Virus record (IMG/VR): IMGVR_UViG_3300005670_000019
Origin: a virus
Lineage: Duplodnaviria > Caudoviricetes
Direction: 5' to 3' (one strand)
Length of the DNA stretch: 64,000 nt
Positions 1-8,963 of this stretch are shown here, piece by piece (position 1 is the first letter of the stretch; the number at the start of each line of letters is the position of its first letter). Below the pieces are notes generated by a model. That model did not search any database, was not told the origin of the DNA, and saw only the letters and a program-made list of their open reading frames with translations. The position numbers and the translations under genes are program-made.

Positions 1-130
1 GTCCTAGACCCTCCCCAGGTCCACTAGCCCCACCCCACCTTTATACAGGTTATAGCGTTGACCCTATACTATTGAAAGAATGAGTTGTTGAGTGACTAAC
101 GACTCATCACCAATAGGAAAGAAGGTTTGT

Positions 131-565
131 ATGACTATGAAGAAGTGCTATAGATGTTGGGAAGAGTTTGACTTGTCTATGTTCCCTCAACGTAAAGGTA
201 AGCCAATGGGAGTATGCACCACATGTTACGCTACTCACTATGGAAACCCTGACAAGGTTGAAGAGAAGAGGATAGAGTTGGAGAAGCAATCATATAAGCG
301 CAAGGTCGAAGCGCATAACGAACTGTTGGCAGAGATTATGAAATGCGGCTGTGTGGACTGTGGAGAGAAAAACCCCATTGTCTTAGAGTTTGATCATAGA
401 GATCCAAATCAAAAGATAGCAAATGTTGGCAAACTTCGATATGGCTCAACTAAACAACTCAAAGAAGAATTAGCCAAGTGCGATGTTGTTTGTGCTAACT
501 GTCATAGAAAAAGGACAGCAAAGATGTTTGGAAGTTGGAGAAACCTTCTCCTTGAAGAGAATTGA
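131..565 (+). CDS. HNH endonuclease with N-terminal CxxC Zn-binding motifs
   Basis: CYRC..CTTC, then CVDC..LEFDHRDP..CANCH HNH core; ATG 131 preferred over GTG 92. Confidence 0.85.
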   Translation: MTMKKCYRCWEEFDLSMFPQRKGKPMGVCTTCYATHYGNPDKVEEKRIELEKQSYKRKVEAHNELLAEIMKCGCVDCGEKNPIVLEFDHRDPNQKIANVGKLRYGSTKQLKEELAKCDVVCANCHRKRTAKMFGSWRNLLLEEN

Positions 566-578
566 AAAGAAAGATTAT

Positions 579-950
579 ATGAATAAAGTGTATCGAGTCA
601 AAAACAAATCTTGTGAAGTTGGGTTTCCTTTTGAACCTGGAGACATTGTATCTCTGTGTAGAGATACAGGAAAACTTACAGTAAATTCGGCGGAGTATGA
701 GGATCATGACATCACTCCAGTAGACCTCGAACAACGTTCAATGTTCGAAAAATTAGAATACAATTCAGAAGTTGAATATGTTGGAACGCCTGAATATTTC
801 AAAGATTTGAAAAACAACAATATTCAAATCTTCGAAGGCGCCCAATTGAAATTGAAACAGATAGATTCCTATCTTGGTGAATGTGTTATTTTTGATGATA
901 TCAGAAAAGAGGAATTTAGAGTACCAATCAGAGAAATAAAAATTAAGTAA
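579..950 (+). CDS. hypothetical protein
   Basis: ORF from ATG 579, just after the HNH stop. Confidence 0.65.
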   Translation: MNKVYRVKNKSCEVGFPFEPGDIVSLCRDTGKLTVNSAEYEDHDITPVDLEQRSMFEKLEYNSEVEYVGTPEYFKDLKNNNIQIFEGAQLKLKQIDSYLGECVIFDDIRKEEFRVPIREIKIK

Positions 951-1006
951 GCTCAGCAAATCTTATCATAATCAGGGCTTTGTCTTATTGTCTCTTTATA
1001 AGAGTT

Positions 1007-1282
1007 TTACAACTCCAAACTTTCCTGGCGTTCGATTTCTTGGGTAGCCTTATTTAGGGACATAAGTTGTTCTGCTATTTTACGAACCTTCTTTAGGGCT
1101 TGTTCTCTTACAGAAGCTTCCATTGTATCTGACCTTTCTTCTGTATCTTCTGAAGATCCAACTTCAGAAGATTGAGGAACTTGGGCTTCAAGAACCAAAA
1201 GACGTTGAAGTAGCTTGTCTCTTGTAATCAGAAGTCGCTTATAATAAAGACTGTCTTCTATTCTCTTGTCATTCATATTCAA
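1007..1282 (-). CDS. hypothetical coiled-coil protein
   Basis: 91 aa ORF downstream of 1295..1726. Confidence 0.6.
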   Translation of the reverse strand: MNMNDKRIEDSLYYKRLLITRDKLLQRLLVLEAQVPQSSEVGSSEDTEERSDTMEASVREQALKKVRKIAEQLMSLNKATQEIERQESLEL

Positions 1283-1294
1283 ACAACCTGTTAC

Positions 1295-1726
1295 TCAAAC
1301 AACCTGTCCATTCACCAAGCATCCAATCCGTTCATCACTCAAAGATACAAATGTTCTTGATGTAATCCACCACAAACGATAATCTGTATCTCTAAGTCTA
1401 ATGAAACGTTCCCAAGCATTGAACATGTCTTGGTCGTTCGCATGTTGGTTGTTCGTGAGGAACATTGATGTTCTTAGAATTGTATGATAGATTAGTTCTT
1501 CATACAAAGATACATCTTCAACTACAAAGAACTTACTTTTGCCTGGAAAGAGCCTAAAGGATTGTGGCTCGTAGCATCGGGCATCCATGTGAATTGTTTG
1601 ATGCCCATAGAAGTTTCCATCAAGAACAAGTGTTTGATTGTTGGGGCTTTCATTTACAATCTCAAGGAGATCGCCCTCTTTTAGAGTCTCACAAAGTTTT
1701 TGATAACCGGGAATTCTTATGGTCAT
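1295..1726 (-). CDS. hypothetical protein, outlying member of paralogue family D
   Basis: ETLKEGDLLEI...CLVNGQVV matches the termini of the 46036-47383 genes. Confidence 0.7.
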   Translation of the reverse strand: MTIRIPGYQKLCETLKEGDLLEIVNESPNNQTLVLDGNFYGHQTIHMDARCYEPQSFRLFPGKSKFFVVEDVSLYEELIYHTILRTSMFLTNNQHANDQDMFNAWERFIRLRDTDYRLWWITSRTFVSLSDERIGCLVNGQVV

Positions 1727-1737
1727 GGCTACACATG

Positions 1738-1766
1738 ATTATATCACACTCTATTGAGACAATCAA
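1738..1766 (-). promoter_or_regulatory. sigma70-type early promoter
   Basis: TTGATT-17bp(TGA)-TATAAT, 11 nt before ATG 1726. Confidence 0.75.
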
Positions 1767-2016
1767 TAAATGGAACGAAGAAGAAGAACATGAAGAAGAT
1801 TTGACTTCAACCCCCTATGAATCGTTAAAGAATGCGGGATTTTTGTAAATTGTTGTTTGTATAAGAAACCGACTTCAAGGTTTGATATCAAACAGTTCAA
1901 TGGATATCAAGCCCTGTGAGCTTTGCTCATGAGCCTTCAGCTCATATGAATGTTGAAAGAATGCGAGGAAATTCGTGAATTGTTGTTGAAAGGCGTGAAT
2001 GAGTGGGGGCAAAGAC

Positions 2017-2155
2017 AAACCTGATAATAAACTGATGATAAACCTGATGACAACCCAGATGATAACCCAGACAACAACAAACAAAACACTAAATAAACCT
2101 CATAAAAATCACCAAATAAACCCCATGAAATAACCTGAAACAACCCAAAATAAAA
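2017..2155. repeat. degenerate ~12-bp tandem repeat, A/C-rich
   Basis: aaacctgataat/aaactgatgat/aaacctgatgac/aacccagatgat/aacccagacaac, decaying downstream. Confidence 0.7.
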
Positions 2156-2220
2156 AGAGAGAATTGTCCACAATTTACGGGAAATTCTCTCAAGTCAATT
2201 ATCTGTCTTCTGTGTTAGGT

Positions 2221-2481
2221 TTATGTGTTTGATTCGAGTTTCTTTACATGAAGCTCAAACTCTTCTTCTCTCTTTTGAAGAACTTCATTCCATTCTGAAA
2301 CTACTTTATCTATCTTTTCTTTTTGTTCTGTAAGTGACATATCCTTTGGAAAGTCAACTTTGATTGTCAGCGGATTTGAATATCCTTTTAGTTCAACCTC
2401 TACAGTTGTCGTTACTTCCTTTTCATCATTACTATTTGTCATTCTATCTATACCTTCCTCTTTTTCTTCTATTCTCTGCAT
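2221..2481 (-). CDS. hypothetical protein
   Basis: 86 aa charged ORF with AAGGTG before ATG. Confidence 0.65.
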   Translation of the reverse strand: MQRIEEKEEGIDRMTNSNDEKEVTTTVEVELKGYSNPLTIKVDFPKDMSLTEQKEKIDKVVSEWNEVLQKREEEFELHVKKLESNT

Positions 2482-2487
2482 TTCACC

Positions 2488-2516
2488 TTGAAAATGCCCT
2501 TCCTTTATGCTATGAT
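2488..2516 (+). promoter_or_regulatory. sigma70-type early promoter driving paralogue array A
   Basis: TTGAAA-17bp(TGC)-TATGAT. Confidence 0.8.
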
Positions 2517-2585
2517 GAAGGAAGGATAAAGTCTACAGATAGTTTGACAAACAAATGAAGACTAAACAAAGACCAAAGAATACGA

Positions 2586-3137
2586 ATGTCCATCATGTCA
2601 AAAGAAGCTCTTGATGAAGCACGAAATGCATTCCAGAACTTCAAGAAATCAAATATTCCATATTCAAAGCAATTGGAAAGTCTTTATACGCAGTTCGCCA
2701 AGTTCTTTCCAGAGCTGTTTGATTGGAAGCTTCCCTATGACACAAGAAAAACCTTTTTTAGAACGTTCCTTGAAATCCTCCATAGAAACGGAATCATCAT
2801 TCATGGATATATGGGACATGTCTTGCAGTTGGACAAAGATAAGTTACCAGAAGAAATTTTTGACAAGGTTGAAGTATGGAAGTCTTTCTTGAAGAAGTTT
2901 CCAGTCCGTCATTCAGAACTTGAGGTTGGTGAAGTTTATGAAGTTGGGTATGTTGTAGGTTTTGATGAGTTGGATTTTGGAAGATGTGATGAATGGAATA
3001 GAACAGTTCTATGCCTTCCTGAATGTCCAGCAGGAGGTGAGTTTGAGTTCAATGAACCATATACCTTCATCATGGACGACAACGAAGTTCATCAGTTTGA
3101 AGGTTCAAAATTCGTCTATAGGAAGCTTGAAAAATGA
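2586..3137 (+). CDS. paralogue family A member 1
   Basis: FFPELF and KFPVRHSELEVGEVYE motifs. Confidence 0.8.
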   Translation: MSIMSKEALDEARNAFQNFKKSNIPYSKQLESLYTQFAKFFPELFDWKLPYDTRKTFFRTFLEILHRNGIIIHGYMGHVLQLDKDKLPEEIFDKVEVWKSFLKKFPVRHSELEVGEVYEVGYVVGFDELDFGRCDEWNRTVLCLPECPAGGEFEFNEPYTFIMDDNEVHQFEGSKFVYRKLEK

Positions 3138-3199
3138 ACAAGGAAGACAATCAGAGCCTTCCATATCCTGACATGCTCATTTATAGGAGATATGCATGA
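3134..3199 (+). CDS. 21-aa mini-ORF (MNKEDNQSLPYPDMLIYRRYA), possible family A remnant
   Basis: ATGA overlaps at both ends; not in ORF track. Confidence 0.5.
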   Translation: MNKEDNQSLPYPDMLIYRRYA

Positions 3200-3678
3200 T
3201 TTCTTGGACTTTTCTCACAAAAAAAGAGGAAGAGGAACATGAAGAGACTTTGAAAGGTTGGATCAACCAACATTTTCCGGCAATCCTTCATGAAAACAGT
3301 CCTGCAACGGATAGACAAAAGAAAGACTTCCTTTATCGAATAAACTTTGTTCTAACTGTCCCTCTCACAAAAGACACAGACCCAGATTATTTTCTACTTC
3401 CTCCTTTGTTTACTGACCTTCTCAAAGCCATTCAACATCATACAACCGCCTTTCCTTTGACTTACAAAGACCTCGAACTTGGAGAGTTTTATGAAGGTCG
3501 AGTTCCAACAATTGCAAAGGATCATGTATTTTATGCATTTCCGGTTCTTATGATTGTTCTTCCAAAAGAAGATGGTGATGGTTTGGAATACTTTGAACTT
3601 GAAGAAAGTACAGGAGAGTTGTTTAGGACCAATCTTCACAATGTCAAAGAAATGTGGTTTAGAAAGATTGGAACATGA
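3196..3678 (+). CDS. paralogue family A member 2
   Basis: HFPAIL; AFPLTYKDLELGEFYE. Confidence 0.8.
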   Translation: MISWTFLTKKEEEEHEETLKGWINQHFPAILHENSPATDRQKKDFLYRINFVLTVPLTKDTDPDYFLLPPLFTDLLKAIQHHTTAFPLTYKDLELGEFYEGRVPTIAKDHVFYAFPVLMIVLPKEDGDGLEYFELEESTGELFRTNLHNVKEMWFRKIGT

Positions 3679-4205
3679 TGAGGCAAACTCTACAAAAAAG
3701 AAAAATGAAACTCTTGAACTTTCAAGAATACTGTTTGAAGGCATTTCCAACTATCTTCTCAAGTCCAACTTCATTTACTTATTCTGCAAAAAATCTTCGC
3801 GACTATTTCTTTTTTGCATTTTTGCAAGGTGTCTGGAACACTGAAACCTCGTATGGAACCTACTTTCCTATAATACCTATTGAAGTTCTAACAGATAAAA
3901 GTATTTCGTTCAAAGGTAGTCAAGCACTTGACAAAATCAACGCAATTGTTGATGATATCATGAACACTATAAAAGAGTATCCCCTGTCTGCGGGTGATTT
4001 AGAAATAAATGAACTGTATGAATTCATAGCAAATCCTTTCTACTACAGTCTTGACCAACTTCGAACATATCGTGATTTCTTGGAATCTGGCACAGGACTG
4101 TGTATAATGGATGAGCAGTTCAAGATGCCAGTAATTCTTGTATCGATTGATGGTTCCTTTCGACGAATTCAATATGTTGATTTTTGTATCTTTAGAAAGT
4201 TGTAG
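3675..4205 (+). CDS. paralogue family A member 3
   Basis: AFPTIF; EYPLSAGDLEINELYE. Confidence 0.8.
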   Translation: MMRQTLQKRKMKLLNFQEYCLKAFPTIFSSPTSFTYSAKNLRDYFFFAFLQGVWNTETSYGTYFPIIPIEVLTDKSISFKGSQALDKINAIVDDIMNTIKEYPLSAGDLEINELYEFIANPFYYSLDQLRTYRDFLESGTGLCIMDEQFKMPVILVSIDGSFRRIQYVDFCIFRKL

Positions 4206-4213
4206 AGGTTTGT

Positions 4214-4708
4214 GTGCAATACTATTCACGTGATACGTATCAGAAACTTTCTCCAGTTCAAAGGGTTTTACTGAGAACCGAATACCCATCTTTGTTTGAT
4301 CTTACGGAAGATCAAGACCTTTATTTTGAAATGAAGGATTCTCTTGATATTCTTTCCGATCATCTTGTTTCCGCGATTGAAAATTCATGTTTTGAAGAAA
4401 CCATGAAAAAGATTCGTGGGTCTTGCGACAAACTCCTTGAACTAATGACCATCTTCCCTCTCACTTATTCAAAACTTGAGATTGGAATTCTTTATGAAGG
4501 TATCCGACCTTTTGATGTTCTGATTGGACCAATTCTTTTTCAAGAAGTAAACAGACAAAAAGCGGCGAGGGACATAGAGCATCCAGACGCTTTTCTCAAA
4601 GTTGAAAACCCTTCAACAGACCCAGAATATCCGGAAGATGTTTGGAATGTTAACAAAGGCAAGTTTCAGCGATCAGTAAAATATTTGATCTATAAGGAAA
4701 TCAAATGA
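4214..4708 (+). CDS. paralogue family A member 4
   Basis: EYPSLF; IFPLTYSKLEIGILYE. Confidence 0.8.
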   Translation: MQYYSRDTYQKLSPVQRVLLRTEYPSLFDLTEDQDLYFEMKDSLDILSDHLVSAIENSCFEETMKKIRGSCDKLLELMTIFPLTYSKLEIGILYEGIRPFDVLIGPILFQEVNRQKAARDIEHPDAFLKVENPSTDPEYPEDVWNVNKGKFQRSVKYLIYKEIK

Positions 4709-5124
4709 GCGAACTAGAAATGAAAAAGCATTTCGCTGACGTTTTGCTCAAGAAGTTTCCGGACTTATTCAATCCTGAACTTTATGATGCGGAAACAAGT
4801 CTTTACATTCTCAATCATTTGGTTCGGACATGGTTGGTCTTTCTAGAACAGAACATGCCAACAAATGTTGAAAGTTTTGTATTTGCAGTAGCCGAAGGTA
4901 TTCTTATGAAGAGATTAGAATTCCCTTTGTCTCATTCAAATTTGGAACAAGGAAAAATATATGAATATTGTTATTCATGTACGATATCAACAATCCGAAC
5001 TACACAATTATGTTTCTTGGCTGGAAATGAACTCTATAGAGTAGAACCAAAACCGCTTGAGAAAATAGACCTAAATCCAAATGAGTTTTTCTTTCGTGAA
5101 CTAAAAGAAGAAAGTAATGAATAA
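4705..5124 (+). CDS. paralogue family A member 5
   Basis: KFPDLF; EFPLSHSNLEQGKIYE. Confidence 0.8.
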   Translation: MSELEMKKHFADVLLKKFPDLFNPELYDAETSLYILNHLVRTWLVFLEQNMPTNVESFVFAVAEGILMKRLEFPLSHSNLEQGKIYEYCYSCTISTIRTTQLCFLAGNELYRVEPKPLEKIDLNPNEFFFRELKEESNE

Positions 5125-5554
5125 TAACATTTCATTTAGTTCTGAGTATTCTTTCATTTGCTCTTTGAAGGAAGCCTTTCCTCGTTTGTACGGTTCGAAA
5201 TCTGTTTTAGACGAATCCTTCAAAAAGATAACAATAAGTTTCTTTGGATCATTTTTCAACTTTCCATATGTGGAAGATGAGGACAAAAAGTTCATCATTT
5301 CTTTCTTGATAGAACTTGAAAAATGGGCAATTGAATATCCATTGCTAGCAAATGAATTGGAGACAGGTGTTGTGTACCTAGGAACGGATTTCAATTTGGT
5401 AACAAAAAAACGTTCCGAGGATTCCGATTGGATTCTTCTTCCAAGTGACATTGATTTTTTCAATGACCTTTATGAAATAAAAGATGGTCAAGTTGTGACT
5501 CCTGTAAAAGGAGCATACCACCTTTTTCGTTTCAAGCCAATGGAGTCAGAATGA
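5117..5554 (+). CDS. paralogue family A member 6
   Basis: AFPRLY; EYPLLANELETGVVY. Confidence 0.8.
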   Translation: MNNNISFSSEYSFICSLKEAFPRLYGSKSVLDESFKKITISFFGSFFNFPYVEDEDKKFIISFLIELEKWAIEYPLLANELETGVVYLGTDFNLVTKKRSEDSDWILLPSDIDFFNDLYEIKDGQVVTPVKGAYHLFRFKPMESE

Positions 5555-6006
5555 CAAACATTTCATTTAGTTCTTTATCTCACTTTCGCACATCTTTGGA
5601 ATGTGAATATCCATCCCTGCTCGGACATAACTCAATTCTTGGAACACTTTCTTTTTATTTGAAAAAACACCTTGAAAACATGTACGTAGCTTATTCGGAC
5701 AAAGAAGAAATTCTCCAATATTTGGACAAGGTTGAAAGATGGACGCTAAACTATCCAATTTCACATAATGAAATGCAGTTTGGCGTTGTTTATGTTGGTA
5801 CAATATTCCATTACTTGCGCGGTCAATTTACTGACGAAAAACTCTGGATCCTTTTTCCGGAGGACGAGACTCGAACAAACACACACGAATTGCCAAGAGC
5901 TATACCTCTTTTTCAAATAAAGAAAGACGGAGAACTTGTACATTGGTCAAAACTGTCAATTTTTGCTCATGCCATTCGTTTTGAGAAACTGTGTGATATT
6001 ACTTGA
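5551..6006 (+). CDS. paralogue family A member 7
   Basis: EYPSLL; NYPISHNEMQFGVVY; NISFSS start shared with member 6. Confidence 0.8.
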   Translation: MTNISFSSLSHFRTSLECEYPSLLGHNSILGTLSFYLKKHLENMYVAYSDKEEILQYLDKVERWTLNYPISHNEMQFGVVYVGTIFHYLRGQFTDEKLWILFPEDETRTNTHELPRAIPLFQIKKDGELVHWSKLSIFAHAIRFEKLCDIT

Positions 6007-6031
6007 ATTTTCCTCAAAAATATGAGATAAT
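6003..6031 (+). promoter_or_regulatory. early promoter, predicted leaderless
   Basis: TTGAAT-17bp(TGA)-GATAAT, 5 nt before ATG 6037. Confidence 0.7.
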
Positions 6032-6036
6032 GAAGA

Positions 6037-6315
6037 ATGCCAAAAGGATTGAAAATGGAACAAAAAGATGATCGATCCATTCTGCTTTCATGGATAGCAA
6101 AAGAAATTGCAAAGTTCAATGGATATGACAAAGTCGTTTCTGGCGACGATGTTGTGTTTGAACTTCTTGATAATGATATAATCAATTTTGTTGAGTTTGA
6201 AACAAGGTGTAGTGTTTACTGTCACTTACAAGATACACTTCCAGACACAATCACGGTTAGTCAACTTGTTGACAAACTTATGTATTCAACTTTTCCACCG
6301 ACAGTTTTTCTATGA
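6037..6315 (+). CDS. small protein, weak acyl-carrier-protein-like pattern
   Basis: size and ITVSQLVDKL end resemble ACP; no DSL serine. Confidence 0.35.
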   Translation: MPKGLKMEQKDDRSILLSWIAKEIAKFNGYDKVVSGDDVVFELLDNDIINFVEFETRCSVYCHLQDTLPDTITVSQLVDKLMYSTFPPTVFL

Positions 6316-6707
6316 CACCTGACCAAGCACGCAAGGTAAGAAAACCTTGGTATCGGCTTTATTTCAAAGCAAACAAGGAACATTTGGTCTATGTTAGACC
6401 AAGTGATGGAAAAGTGTTTCCCGTAAGTGCGGAACGTATTCTATTTTCCGAGATTAGGAAAATCCTTGTAAGTCAGTTCGGTGTTGACGAAGCGTTTGTT
6501 GGTAATTTTCTTCCAGCTCCATGCGGTGAAAGGATGATTTTCCATCCTTTCCTTTCGTCAGATGAATACGATTTCATTCATGTACACGCGGAAGACTTGG
6601 AACTGTTTTTACACATCATTGAAAGCAAGAAGTTCAATCATCCTGGCGTTGAGTATGTTGGGATGGCGATTGACTATCATGACCGCTACGGATATGAAAC
6701 ACCATGA
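6312..6707 (+). CDS. hypothetical protein
   Basis: ATGA-coupled ORF. Confidence 0.7.
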   Translation: MTPDQARKVRKPWYRLYFKANKEHLVYVRPSDGKVFPVSAERILFSEIRKILVSQFGVDEAFVGNFLPAPCGERMIFHPFLSSDEYDFIHVHAEDLELFLHIIESKKFNHPGVEYVGMAIDYHDRYGYETP

Positions 6708-7096
6708 ATAAACATCCATATAGAGAAGCACCAAAAAAGAAAGCAAAAAGAATGTTGAGTAAATTTAGAGAAATGGATAAAGAAACCAGGGAAGTCCTGT
6801 TTCTTGTTTACGGAGCACAAACAGTGTTTACTATTTTCACTTTTATAAAGTGGATGATTGGTCTTTATTTGGTCTTTGGACCACTTATTCTATTTCTTGT
6901 GGGAGTACCTATAACATCAAAGGTATTTATACTTTCGGCAGGTTGTAGCGCAGCTTTCTTTATCGTATCTTTCCTCGCCGCCCTAGTCACATTCGACATT
7001 TGGGGACCGAAGCTCCAACGAAGAATTGCGGAGGCAAAGGTCCTTCTTCAAGAGAAGAAAGAAAAAAGCCTCGAAGAAGTTTCTTTCGAGGATTGA
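6704..7096 (+). CDS. membrane protein (2-3 TM)
   Basis: long hydrophobic core flanked by charged ends. Confidence 0.7.
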   Translation: MNKHPYREAPKKKAKRMLSKFREMDKETREVLFLVYGAQTVFTIFTFIKWMIGLYLVFGPLILFLVGVPITSKVFILSAGCSAAFFIVSFLAALVTFDIWGPKLQRRIAEAKVLLQEKKEKSLEEVSFED

Positions 7097-7098
7097 TT

Positions 7099-7902
7099 TC
7101 ACTTATCTTCTTTTTCCATTTGTTCTTTGAACTTCAAAGAGAACCTCACAAAGGCTCTCTTTTTTTTCGTTTCTTTCTTCTTTTTCTTTGTATCCATGTA
7201 TGTTGATCCGGGCAGTTTAATTCCGGAGATGTACGTGGTCGCAATAGCTCCCTTTGTTTGACCGCTGTTGGGGACGCTTAGTGTTTTTACTTTGTACGGA
7301 ATATGCTGATATTGGGTTGGGAATGTTTCCTCCATCAGCTCAATAGCAGTTCTCTTCCTATCTAAAATTTCCAAGATTTCATCAAAGACATATGTTGGAG
7401 TATCGCTCTTCATTGAAGTCATTTTCAAAGCAAAGACAACTGCTGATAAATCATAAAGCATATCGATTGCAAACTTCTTTGCTGTTTTTGAAGCCATTCT
7501 ACCTGCGTCTCCCTTTTCTCCATCAAAGTGAAATAGACTTTCACTGTCAGGACGATCAAAAGTATAGAACTGTCTTTCCGCAATACGCGCAATTCTTTGA
7601 AAGAGATTTTCTTTGGTGCTTTCTGATTGTGAAGCCTCGCAGTCGATCGCATAACATTTTTCATCACCATTATATTCAAGCATTTCAAGATGCTTTCTAA
7701 AACGAAGAACTTCGCTTTCAATCAGCTTTTTTTTGGCTTCCTCTGACGGGTCAGGATTGCTTCGAAAAAGACCAGAAGGTGCCCTGTCTTTCTCAAAAAC
7801 TTTTTCACCCTCTTCACCAAGACCAATCAAGTGTTCAATTATTTTTTCGGATGTGACACACTTCGTGAGTGGATCATATGAGCATTCATTTTCTTCAATC
7901 AT
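7099..7902 (-). CDS. hypothetical protein with basic C-terminus
   Basis: ORF, ATG 7902 with AAGGA upstream. Confidence 0.7.
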   Translation of the reverse strand: MIEENECSYDPLTKCVTSEKIIEHLIGLGEEGEKVFEKDRAPSGLFRSNPDPSEEAKKKLIESEVLRFRKHLEMLEYNGDEKCYAIDCEASQSESTKENLFQRIARIAERQFYTFDRPDSESLFHFDGEKGDAGRMASKTAKKFAIDMLYDLSAVVFALKMTSMKSDTPTYVFDEILEILDRKRTAIELMEETFPTQYQHIPYKVKTLSVPNSGQTKGAIATTYISGIKLPGSTYMDTKKKKKETKKKRAFVRFSLKFKEQMEKEDK

Positions 7903-7913
7903 AATTCTATCCT

Positions 7914-8030
7914 TCAAAAGAAAAAGTAGAACCACCCATACCAGCCAGAAATATAACCAAAAGCATATGTCAACAGAAGGAGCAGTCCTAAGAAAAGGAT
8001 AAACGAGAAAGGTTCATTTGGTTTCTTCAT
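7914..8030 (-). CDS. 38-aa single-pass membrane peptide (MKKPNEPFSFILFLGLLLLLTYAFGYISGWYGWFYFFF)
   Basis: translated by hand; fills the gap between neighbours; below the ORF-track cutoff. Confidence 0.6.
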   Translation of the reverse strand: MKKPNEPFSFILFLGLLLLLTYAFGYISGWYGWFYFFF

Positions 8031-8379
8031 CGGCTGTTTTCAGCTCTGCTTCCTTCTTCTCAAGATGTTCCCAAAGAGCCATTTCCAAGATTTCGGCAGT
8101 CTTCATGCAAGCTTTGTAAGAGTCGTTGATTTCAAGAACTTCCCTCACGTATTGACTTACTGAACCTTCGAATCGCATTCTGACACAGACTCTTTTTAGG
8201 AAACTATCTACAGCTTTTTCGAAAACTCTAGGTCCGAAAAGAAAGTTGCAAAGTAGTGCAACTTGGTCTTCAACACTTCCAGGACTCTGTCCATACATTG
8301 CAGGTCTTTTCAAGATTGAACGAAGAACTTGTAAAATTTCTTCGTGATGGACAAAGTTGTCACCTTCTTGAATGTTCAT
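8014..8379 (-). CDS. hypothetical protein
   Basis: ORF with ILKRPAMY motif, coupled to upstream gene. Confidence 0.7.
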   Translation of the reverse strand: MNIQEGDNFVHHEEILQVLRSILKRPAMYGQSPGSVEDQVALLCNFLFGPRVFEKAVDSFLKRVCVRMRFEGSVSQYVREVLEINDSYKACMKTAEILEMALWEHLEKKEAELKTADEETK

Positions 8380-8963
8380 AAAATGTATGCTCCACTTTCT
8401 TTTGCTTTTTGTAGGTCTTCGAAAAACTTCTTATCTTCAATTTCGTCAGCAATCGGGATTTTGAAATCACCTATTGCGAAATCCCATTCAAGTTCAATTA
8501 AATCTTCGCCGACCAAAGAAACGCGACAAGGATGATAACCTCCCACGCCATCATAAATCATCTGTCTATCTACTGCCCACGGAGGCTGAGCTTGCCAAAA
8601 TCTAACTTTTTGAAATGTTTGCACCAACAACTTATGGGAAAAATGGAGGTCGGAAAGTTCCATCTCTTTTGAAGTTGGAGAATTTTGGTAAAGTTCTTGA
8701 AACTCTAAAAACTTTTTTATGAAGAGGCAATCAACCTTCGTGTCCACGGTCAATAAAAGTTTTGTTGTGGTTGTATCTATACTTCCAATAAAACCATCAG
8801 GTTCTCTAACCTTCACACGAAGTGATTGAACGCTTCCACCAATCAAATAGAAAATTGGTTCCGGACTCTCATCTGCCGTCTGCATCGGAGACAGGGGAAG
8901 AGAACAATCAATAAGTAACTGTCCACTTTCTTTGTCAAAATTTAGTGGTTTGAATATGGTCAT
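8376..8963 (-). CDS. hypothetical protein
   Basis: 195 aa, ATGA overlaps. Confidence 0.7.
   Translation of the reverse strand: MTIFKPLNFDKESGQLLIDCSLPLSPMQTADESPEPIFYLIGGSVQSLRVKVREPDGFIGSIDTTTTKLLLTVDTKVDCLFIKKFLEFQELYQNSPTSKEMELSDLHFSHKLLVQTFQKVRFWQAQPPWAVDRQMIYDGVGGYHPCRVSLVGEDLIELEWDFAIGDFKIPIADEIEDKKFFEDLQKAKESGAYIL

Noticed and set aside
1-110. C-rich start and hairpin (80-107) as genome terminus or ribozyme
   Set aside because: Window edge gives no context; no conserved ribozyme core recognised
2017-2155. Possible CRISPR array
   Set aside because: Short degenerate tandem units with no unique spacers; no cas genes
1875-2173. Two hydrophobic minus-strand ORFs (LSSG repeats)
   Set aside because: Explained by the 12-bp DNA repeat; no RBS; two frames equally open
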